In this document: positions 29,664-37,004 of the stretch, piece after piece
Position numbering within the stretch: position 1 is the stretch's first letter
Layout: each line of letters starts with the position of its first letter
Assembly (NCBI GenBank): GCA_050117845.1
Contig: JASFLY010000008.1
Coordinates: forward strand, 18,108-82,107
Source of the DNA: Candidatus Zixiibacteriota bacterium
Lineage (GTDB): Bacteria > RBG-13-66-14 > B26-G2 > WVWN01
Length of the DNA: 64,000 nucleotides
Direction of reading: 5' to 3'
The notes under the pieces: model-generated
The model's input: the letters and a program-made list of their open reading frames with translations, nothing else
The model's database searches: none
Told to the model about the DNA's origin: nothing
Made by a program: the position numbers and the translations under genes

Positions 29664-30647
29664 ATGGGAACGGATAAAATACGACGTTTGTTGCTTGCGG
29701 CCGCGGCCGGGGCGTTGTTGGCGTCCGCCGCCGCGGCGTCATCTTACAATTACGAAGGAAAATGGCAGGAGTATTTGGGAGTGGCCGATTGGGAATTCGA
29801 GATAGGACCCATTTCCGGGGATGATTCCAAGGTAGCGGTGCCTTATATTTGCGCGTCGAGTATCGCGGCGATAGATGTTGGATGCAGGTTATTCGACGCG
29901 AACGGTGCCTATCTCGGTTATTGTAAATATTTTTTAAGCTCGTACGATCATTACGAAAACGGCGGGATTTACGGGTGCGCTGCGGTAGGCGAAGGCGCGG
30001 TAACGACCTTCACCGTGCATTATTACGATTTGAGCGAGGAAATATATAAAACCGAAAGCCATTTATCGTACGGTCCGAACCCAAGTTGGGATATTAAGGA
30101 GGACGGGTGGGGCCGCTTCAAAGCCCTGGCGCGGACTCCCGACGGCCAGAGTTTCTATTGCTACCGGTTATATTCCGGCGATTACAGGATATGTAAAATG
30201 ACGGTCGCCGGGACCGTAACGAGTTATTTCACGCCTTTGGCCGTGCCGGACGATATGGCGGTGGACGCCTCGGGTAATATATATGGTTTATCGGGGGGGT
30301 GGGTATTTAAATACGACGCTAGCGGTTCTTTAATAACGTCGTGGGATACTCCGGTCACGCTTAACGACGTATGCGTCGACGCTAACGACCGGATATTGGG
30401 TTTCTCGAATAGTAATATGTACACGTACGTCTTTAGCGACGCGGGTTCCCTCTTGGGCAGCTTCACCGCGCCGTACGAGTCTATCACAAGGCACGGCAGT
30501 ACCGGTCCGGACGGGAAATATTTCGTCGCATGTGAAGCCTGGGATCAGGAGATTTTTATATGTTTCGTTGAGATGTACCGGTTCGCCCCCGTTCCGACCA
30601 ACATCGTCCCTACTAGTTTGGGTAAAATAAAGGCCATGTACCAGTAA
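29664..30647 (+). CDS. Secreted beta-propeller-like (NHL-like) protein with conserved C-terminal tail motif
   Basis: Signal peptide ...LLASAAAA; PDDMAVDASGNIY repeats; ends NIVPTSLGKIKAMYQ. Confidence 0.8.
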   Translation: MGTDKIRRLLLAAAAGALLASAAAASSYNYEGKWQEYLGVADWEFEIGPISGDDSKVAVPYICASSIAAIDVGCRLFDANGAYLGYCKYFLSSYDHYENGGIYGCAAVGEGAVTTFTVHYYDLSEEIYKTESHLSYGPNPSWDIKEDGWGRFKALARTPDGQSFYCYRLYSGDYRICKMTVAGTVTSYFTPLAVPDDMAVDASGNIYGLSGGWVFKYDASGSLITSWDTPVTLNDVCVDANDRILGFSNSNMYTYVFSDAGSLLGSFTAPYESITRHGSTGPDGKYFVACEAWDQEIFICFVEMYRFAPVPTNIVPTSLGKIKAMYQ

Positions 30648-30664
30648 GGGAGGGTAACGGCCTG

Positions 30665-30692
30665 ACGCCGCCCTTCGGGGCGGCGTTTTTTA
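30665..30692. terminator. Intrinsic terminator between convergent genes
   Basis: ACGCCGCCC-TTCG-GGGCGGCGT followed by a T run. Confidence 0.75.
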
Positions 30693-31310
30693 TTCCTCGG
30701 CCGGTCTCGCTTTTCGCCTCTCCCGGGCCAGGTGCCACCACCGCTTAACGTAGGCCGTGGAATAGAACCTTCCCGAGACGACGCATATCCCGACGAGTAC
30801 GCCCCAGGCCGCGCCGCCCAGGACGTCCCCGGGGTAGTGCACGCCGACGTATATGCGGGAGTAGCAAACCAGCAGCGCCACGCCGAAGAGCGCCGCGCCG
30901 ACGCGCTTATATTCCGTGAAGACGACGAAGGCGAAGGCGAACGTGTTGGCGGCGTGGGCCGAGGGGAAGGCGGGGGAGTTCGCCTGGTGCGGCAACAGCA
31001 GGCGCACCGTCTCGAGGGCGAAGGGCGGCCGGACCCGGCCGAAGAGCGGCTTGAGGAGGCGGGCCGTCGTGACGTCGACCAGCGCCACCGCCACCGCCCC
31101 GGCGATGACGCAGTATATGCCGGCGCGCCGGTACCGCGCGGGAAGGTATATCGCCGCCAGCGCCGAGACGCCGATGTAGAAAAACTTGTGCGTGATTATA
31201 AGGAAGACGCCGTCGAGGTAGGGGCAGGCCAGCGTCTGGTTGAAAAAGGCGAACAGCGCCCGGTCTATTTCGCCGAGAACGCCCCAGTCGATGCCGGCGA
31301 GGAAGTCCAC
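30690..31310 (-). CDS. PAP2-family phosphatase (undecaprenyl-pyrophosphate phosphatase-like)
   Basis: KPLFGRVRP, FPSAHAAN, SRIYVGVHYPGDV. Confidence 0.9.
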   Translation of the reverse strand: MDFLAGIDWGVLGEIDRALFAFFNQTLACPYLDGVFLIITHKFFYIGVSALAAIYLPARYRRAGIYCVIAGAVAVALVDVTTARLLKPLFGRVRPPFALETVRLLLPHQANSPAFPSAHAANTFAFAFVVFTEYKRVGAALFGVALLVCYSRIYVGVHYPGDVLGGAAWGVLVGICVVSGRFYSTAYVKRWWHLARERRKARPAEE

Positions 31311-31312
31311 GG

Positions 31313-33541
31313 TTACCGGTCGCCCCTCAGCGCGGCGAAGGCCGCGTGGGCCGCGTCGTCGTACGGGTCCAGCGCGAGGGCCTGCTCGGCCGCGTACGCC
31401 CCGGCGGCCGCGTTGCCCGATTCCAGCTCGAGCCAGGTCAGGCCGTCCCAGGCGCCGACGAGGCGCGGGCAGAGCTCGAGGGCCCGGATGAAGTTCTCGC
31501 GGCCGGCGTCCATCTCCTTGGCCTGATAATGCTCGACGCCGGCGTTGTAATATTCCAGCGCCCGGTCGATGTCCTCGTACACCTTAACGGAGAAGTCCTC
31601 GTCGTAGTAGCCGTCCTTCTCCGCCGGGCCCGCGAACAACGGCGACGGCGGCCCGAGGTCCGGCCCCTCCCGGCCGGGAACGCCCACCAGGAAGACCCGC
31701 CACGATACCGTCTCGAAGACCGGCGCGAAGTGCTCGAGCTCGGCCGGTTCGAACTGCATTTTATAGGCGCACGAGTCCGCCCGCACCCGCGTTATCGCCC
31801 GGGCGTAGCGCATCGAGTCGGGATCGTTTTTAACGATATAGGCGGCGTGGTAGGCCACGTACGTGACGTCGTATTTCTCGCATACGCCGTAAAATCCTTC
31901 CTCGTCGCCGTAAAGCGCCTGGTAGCACTCGTTGACCTTGGCTCGCATCCCCGGGGCCTCGTATATGGGGTGGAGTACGATGGGCGTGCCGGCGAAGGCC
32001 AGAAGCGCCGCCGAGGCCGGGAAGGGCCCCAGGACCGCCGTCTCCGTCCGGTCCGGCTGGAAGCCGAACCATCGGATGATCCGCCATTCCTCGTCGCCGA
32101 CGTTGGAGGCGTAGCCGCCCTCGCCGGACGCGGCCGCCTCCAGCAGGGCGGTCCAGGGTTGGGGGCGGCTCTCGTACCGGGCGGCCTTGATGCCCTCGAA
32201 AGGCAATAGCACCGCCGGGATGAGGAGCCACGCCAACGCCCGGCGGCCGGGGCGGGCCAGGCCGGCGTACCCCGCGGCCCAGGCCGCGACGAAGAACGCC
32301 AGCACGACCATGAAACGGGTATACCCGGAGAAGAGCAGCGCGAAGACGACGGAGAAAACGATCGTGGCCGCGCCGAAGGCCCCGGCGGCGGGGTCGCGCA
32401 GGCCCCGCAAGAATTCCTTGACGTATTTGACGAGCGGCGGCAGGGCGATAACGAGCGGCAGCACCAGCACCGCCGCGGCCGAGGCCCACGTCGGCGAGTT
32501 GGCCGGCCCCGTCCATATCTCCCGGGCCGCGAGGGGGAGCAGGTTCGGGTCGGCCGGCTTGACGCCCATGTACCGGATCTTGTAGAAGATCATCGTGTAG
32601 ATGTGGGAGTACTCGCCGGCGGCGGCGAAGGGCCGCCCCGCGCCGTAAGCCACGCCGAAGATGACGCCCAGCGCCACCAGCCGCTGCCACCACTTGAGCC
32701 GCCACTTCCAGGCCGCGAGCGCCGTGGCCGCCACCGCGCACGCGAGCGCGAACGACGGCGACGCCAGGAAAACTTTCTCGCGCAGGGCCGGGTGGATATA
32801 GGCGACGAGGGCCGCGGCGCCGAGCGCGGCGGCCGCCCGCCCCACGCCCCGGCTGTCCTTCGAGACAAGGACCGTCGCCGCCAGCGGCAGCGTCGCGAAG
32901 AAGTAGAGGAAGGACGACGCGTGCCAGCTGATGAGCGCGAGCGCGAAGGCCGCGACCGCCGGCGGTATCCAGCGCCAGCTTCCCCCCTCGACGAGGCGGG
33001 TCTGGCAGTAGAGCGCGAAGAAGAAGACCGGCAGGACGAAATCCTCCCGGAGGTAGTTGCCGCAGGTTCTAAGGTAGATAACGAGGGAGAGGCCGTATAC
33101 CAGCGCGGCCAACAGGCCCCCCGGCCTGGACCTGAAGGTCCGCCGGCCCCACAGGTAAACCAGGAAGAGCGTGAGCGAACTCCACAGCGAAACGTGCCAG
33201 CGCAGGAAGTTCTGCGGTTGCATCTCGCCGAGGAGGGGTCTGAGGATGCGGTACGATACGCCGATGAAGGCGTCCTGCGTCAAGAAAAACGCTCGCCGCA
33301 CGTCTACGCCCTCGGGCCACTGGGCGGCGCGGTCGAGCGCCGGGATCTCTTCGCCCAGCGCATACATCCGTACGTAGCGGAAGCGGAAGGCCGGGTCGGA
33401 CGCGAGGTACATGTCCGGCGGCCAGTGGTACAGCTTCAGCGAGACCACCGCGACGTATAGCGCCACGAGCGCGACGCCGGTGTAAAGCACCGGCCGGCGA
33501 GAGAGGAATTCCCGTATGGCTGCGAGTCGGCTCAAAATCAT
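31313..33541 (-). CDS. GT-C glycosyltransferase of the STT3/DPY19 superfamily with C-terminal TPR; resembles DPY19
   Basis: ASDPAFRFRY, YLREDFVLP, SWHASSFLY, PIVLHPIYEAPGMRAKV, HFAPVFETVSWRVFLV, then TPR helices. Confidence 0.7.
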   Translation of the reverse strand: MILSRLAAIREFLSRRPVLYTGVALVALYVAVVSLKLYHWPPDMYLASDPAFRFRYVRMYALGEEIPALDRAAQWPEGVDVRRAFFLTQDAFIGVSYRILRPLLGEMQPQNFLRWHVSLWSSLTLFLVYLWGRRTFRSRPGGLLAALVYGLSLVIYLRTCGNYLREDFVLPVFFFALYCQTRLVEGGSWRWIPPAVAAFALALISWHASSFLYFFATLPLAATVLVSKDSRGVGRAAAALGAAALVAYIHPALREKVFLASPSFALACAVAATALAAWKWRLKWWQRLVALGVIFGVAYGAGRPFAAAGEYSHIYTMIFYKIRYMGVKPADPNLLPLAAREIWTGPANSPTWASAAAVLVLPLVIALPPLVKYVKEFLRGLRDPAAGAFGAATIVFSVVFALLFSGYTRFMVVLAFFVAAWAAGYAGLARPGRRALAWLLIPAVLLPFEGIKAARYESRPQPWTALLEAAASGEGGYASNVGDEEWRIIRWFGFQPDRTETAVLGPFPASAALLAFAGTPIVLHPIYEAPGMRAKVNECYQALYGDEEGFYGVCEKYDVTYVAYHAAYIVKNDPDSMRYARAITRVRADSCAYKMQFEPAELEHFAPVFETVSWRVFLVGVPGREGPDLGPPSPLFAGPAEKDGYYDEDFSVKVYEDIDRALEYYNAGVEHYQAKEMDAGRENFIRALELCPRLVGAWDGLTWLELESGNAAAGAYAAEQALALDPYDDAAHAAFAALRGDR

Positions 33542-33667
33542 TTTCCTAAATCAATAGGCGGAGTGTAGCATAGTGGCATGGCGCCTTCAAGGCGGCAAAT
33601 CCCGCCGGCCTCCCCCCTCCCCCCCCCGGGCCCCGCGGCCCATCGGCCCGGGGGCGGCGATTAATGG

Positions 33668-33696
33668 TTGACACCGGCCCGCCGCCAACATATTAT
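33668..33696 (+). promoter_or_regulatory. Sigma70 promoter for trxA
   Basis: TTGACA-N17-TATTAT. Confidence 0.75.
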
Positions 33697-33763
33697 AGGG
33701 GAAAGCTCCATCGCAACCAGGCACGACGCGGCCTGATTTTAGCCGCGCAGGAGGTATACCAGC

Positions 33764-34090
33764 ATGGCGGATAATATCCACGAATTCACGGACGGAAACT
33801 TCGACGGCGAAGTGTTGCAATCCGACAAGCCGGTCCTTATAGATTTCTGGGCGGAGTGGTGCGTTCCGTGCAAGATGATCGCTCCGGCCATCGAGGAAGT
33901 CGCGAACGACAACGCCGACGCGCTGAAAGTCGGCAAGGTCAACGTCGACAACAGCCCGGCGATCGCGTCCAAATACGGCATCCGGTCCATCCCGACGGTC
34001 ATGATATTCAAGGGCGGCCAGGTGGCCGAGAAGGTCGTCGGCGCCGTCTCGAAGGACACCATCCAGGAACTGGTCGACAAGGTCAAGTAG
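33764..34090 (+). CDS. trxA: Thioredoxin (WCVPC active site)
   Basis: DFWAEWCVPCKMIAP, YGIRSIPT. Confidence 0.95.
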   Translation: MADNIHEFTDGNFDGEVLQSDKPVLIDFWAEWCVPCKMIAPAIEEVANDNADALKVGKVNVDNSPAIASKYGIRSIPTVMIFKGGQVAEKVVGAVSKDTIQELVDKVK

Positions 34091-34128
34091 GCCCGGCCTC
34101 TTCCCGGCGATAATACCGTAGCCACAAT

Positions 34129-34158
34129 CCCCGTCGCTGCCAAAGCGGCGGGGTTTTT
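34129..34158 (+). terminator. Intrinsic terminator after trxA
   Basis: CCCCGTCGCT-GCCAA-AGCGGCGGGG followed by TTTTT. Confidence 0.7.
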
Positions 34159-34421
34159 GTTGTGTGGGTGGGTTGGCGTAAATTATAGGTTAATATTTTT
34201 TTATACCAAACCGAAGGGCGTTGTGATATTTTACCTTTGGGAAGGTGGAAGGTGACAGAATAATAAACGAGACCCGACGCTCGCCGTGCCCCTGATGGGG
34301 GACGGGCGGCGGGGGTTTAGGCTAACTCCGTTTCGCGCGTTGTTTAAATAATAGGCTGGCGCGGTCGATTAACAAGGAACCAGTTAGGAACCCACGGCGG
34401 GAAATACCGGAAGGACGAGAT

Positions 34422-36290
34422 ATGCGGGTAACCGAATTCCGTATTAAGAATTACAAGTCGATAATAGACACCGGGTGGTGCGAATTAGCGAAAGATATCA
34501 CGGTTTTAGCCGGGAAGAACGAAGCCGGAAAGACAGCCGTTTTAGAAGCGTTGAGGGATTTCGACCCGAGGATAGAAGAAATAAGCGCTGAAGCATACCC
34601 TAAGCACAGGCAAGGGGTGCCGGAAATAGGAATTAAACTCGAAACGGGGAGAGAAGAAATCGATAGAATATTAAACGGGGCCGATCTGAACGTCGATTAT
34701 AAAGCAGCGAAAGAAATAGCGGCCAAAGGGATAGTAATCTGCAGAGACCCGGACGGTTATTATTTAACTAACGATACTATTATTGGGGGGCTTTCCTTTA
34801 AGGAAGAGCACGAAAACAGTGCTTATAGAGACAGTATCCTTAGTTTGACTAATCTGATTAATTCTATTTATAGTAAATACGGTAGGCATTTCGAAATAGA
34901 ATTAGGTGAAACGAAAGAAGAAGCCAGGAATGCGGTTACTCAAACAGTATTCCCTTTAAAAAGCCAGTTGACTATCATACCTGATATAGGGGAAAGAAAT
35001 CGCGCGAATATTCTATTCGAAAAACTCGAAGGTTTCCTAGATACCAAAGAAAGCGAAAACGAAGACGCGCACGGAAAATTCGCGACGGCGGTAGCAGAAA
35101 ATATCCCTAAGGTCGTATTCTTTAGTACCTTCGACGATATTTTGCCCGATGAGATAAGCTTGGAAAAAGCCTCTAATACCGAAATTGTATTAGATTTCGC
35201 AAAAATTGCTGGGCTTGATTTCGATTCGGTTAGAAGAACTGACGACGCCCAAGATAAGCGTAATTTATTCAGCAAGGCTTCGGCAAAATTGTCCGGTTAT
35301 TTCGGGGGTTTTTACACGCAAAGCAATGTAGAAATAACGGCAGAGTTAGAAGTCGATACTATAAGGTTTTGGGTAGTGGAAGAGGGTGGCCCTACGCATT
35401 ATAAAACCACGCAACGGAGTAAAGGTTTCCAGTGGTTTTTATCTTTCTTCTTACGTTTGCGCGCGAGAGGAGGCGAAGATAATATGATATTAATCGATGA
35501 GCCGGGTTTATATCTCCACGCGAAAGCTCAACAAGACGTTTTAAAAGTACTAACGAAAACCGCTACTAACGGCCAATTAATATATAGTACGCATTCGCCC
35601 TATCTCATCGACGCAGGCCGCTTAGATAGGGTTAGATTATTGGTTAATAAGAAAGATATTGGTTCTGAAATAATAAACGAAATACATAAAGAAGCGGACC
35701 AAGAAACTCTAACGCCAATTTTGACTGCGATAGGCTTAGATTTAACTTTCGGTTTGAATTTATTCGGGGATTTCAACGTAGTTACTGAAGGCCCGTCTGA
35801 TTATTATTACCTATTGAGTTTCAAGAACATCCTTAAAGAACGGGGGGATTTTAGTATTATACCCTGTATGGGTGGTACTAAGACTCCTCATTTAGTATCG
35901 CTTTTAATAGGATGGGGTTTTAATTATTGTGTTGTATTGGATAACGATCCAACCGGCAAGAGAGTTAGTAACCAGATGCAGAAAAGACTCCCCGTTGAAG
36001 GGGAACGATTCGTATTCGCTGGCCCGATTGTAGGTGATTCGATAGAAGATTTATTCGCTATTGAAGACTTTAAAAAATACGTTCTCGAGGACGATACCGT
36101 TAAAATCGCGAAAGGTAAAATATCTGGATTCCTGAAAGCTAGCAATATAAAAAAAGTCTTAATTGCAAAACGGTTTTTCGAAAAAACATTAAAAAACGGC
36201 CGTAAAATAAAACTTACACAAGAAACGAAAGCGAACTTCGCCGGCCTCCTGGGTCAGGTCCTCGCGGTAAAGAAAAAGTACAAACGTTGA
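34422..36290 (+). CDS. OLD-family ATP-dependent endonuclease (ABC ATPase + TOPRIM), AT-rich, probable anti-phage gene
   Basis: LAGKNEAGKT, SKGFQWF, LIDEPGLYLH, YSTHSP, TOPRIM VTEGPSD and VLDND; strongly A/T-rich codons compared with flanking genes. Confidence 0.85.
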   Translation: MRVTEFRIKNYKSIIDTGWCELAKDITVLAGKNEAGKTAVLEALRDFDPRIEEISAEAYPKHRQGVPEIGIKLETGREEIDRILNGADLNVDYKAAKEIAAKGIVICRDPDGYYLTNDTIIGGLSFKEEHENSAYRDSILSLTNLINSIYSKYGRHFEIELGETKEEARNAVTQTVFPLKSQLTIIPDIGERNRANILFEKLEGFLDTKESENEDAHGKFATAVAENIPKVVFFSTFDDILPDEISLEKASNTEIVLDFAKIAGLDFDSVRRTDDAQDKRNLFSKASAKLSGYFGGFYTQSNVEITAELEVDTIRFWVVEEGGPTHYKTTQRSKGFQWFLSFFLRLRARGGEDNMILIDEPGLYLHAKAQQDVLKVLTKTATNGQLIYSTHSPYLIDAGRLDRVRLLVNKKDIGSEIINEIHKEADQETLTPILTAIGLDLTFGLNLFGDFNVVTEGPSDYYYLLSFKNILKERGDFSIIPCMGGTKTPHLVSLLIGWGFNYCVVLDNDPTGKRVSNQMQKRLPVEGERFVFAGPIVGDSIEDLFAIEDFKKYVLEDDTVKIAKGKISGFLKASNIKKVLIAKRFFEKTLKNGRKIKLTQETKANFAGLLGQVLAVKKKYKR

Positions 36291-36367
36291 GGTTATCGAT
36301 TAATCGGTTTAAATACGGCTCGAAGGGGCCCGCGAGTTAGCCTAACTGCACGATTAGGTAATCCCTC

Positions 36368-36913
36368 GTATTCGACCGCCACAAACACCACCGCCGGTCC
36401 GTCCGCCTCCGCGGTTACGATTATTCGTGGCCGGGGGCGTATTACGTGACCATCTGCACCTACGGCCGGGAATGCGTGTTCGGCGCCGTCCGCGGCCGAG
36501 CGGCCCGGTTGAACGAATACGGCCGCGTCGCCCGCGACGAATGGTTGCGTTCGGCGGCGGTGCGGGATGAAATCGAATTGGACGCGTTCGTGATAATGCC
36601 GAACCACGTCCACGGCATCGTCATCATCACCGGCGACCCGGTGGTAGGGGCGACCGGCCGGTCGCCCCTACATGATACCGCCGGCCGACCGCGGGGGCCG
36701 GCCAAACGTTCGTTATCGTCGTTCATCGGCGGATACAAACCCGCCGTCACCCGCCGCGTCAACGCGCTACGCGATTCGCCGGGGGCGCGGGTGTGGCAAC
36801 GCAATTATTACGAACACATAATCCGGGACGACGACGAATTAGGCCGCATCCGCGGTTACATGATAACGAACCCCGGCCGCTGGGCCGACGACGAATATTA
36901 TATAAATACGTAG
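36368..36913 (+). mobile_element. REP-associated tyrosine transposase (RAYT, IS200/Y1 HUH family); conserved N-terminus lies upstream of the first GTG (36446)
   Basis: FDRHKHHRRSVRLRGYDYSWPGAYYVTICT, IMPNHVHGI (HUH), WQRNYYEHIIRD...YMITNP; GTAG-REP palindromes inside the gene (36644-36671) and at the stop (36910-36937). Confidence 0.88.
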
Positions 36914-37004
36914 GGACGCACCGCCGTGCGCCCGTACAATATAATGCCCCGCGAATTTTTGATTGCGCCCGTCCGGGCGTTTTATTATTATGCAATATCC
37001 GACG

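Noticed and set aside
33612-33630. Poly-C tract as a phase-variation or G-quadruplex site
   Set aside because: It is intergenic and not within an identified promoter spacer or ORF; there is no evidence of function.
34310-34390. Canonical integron attC site or cassette array
   Set aside because: Core-site-like GTTAG/CTAAC ends are present, but L-box spacing is atypical and there is no intI or second cassette. Reported only as an inverted-repeat-bounded insertion.
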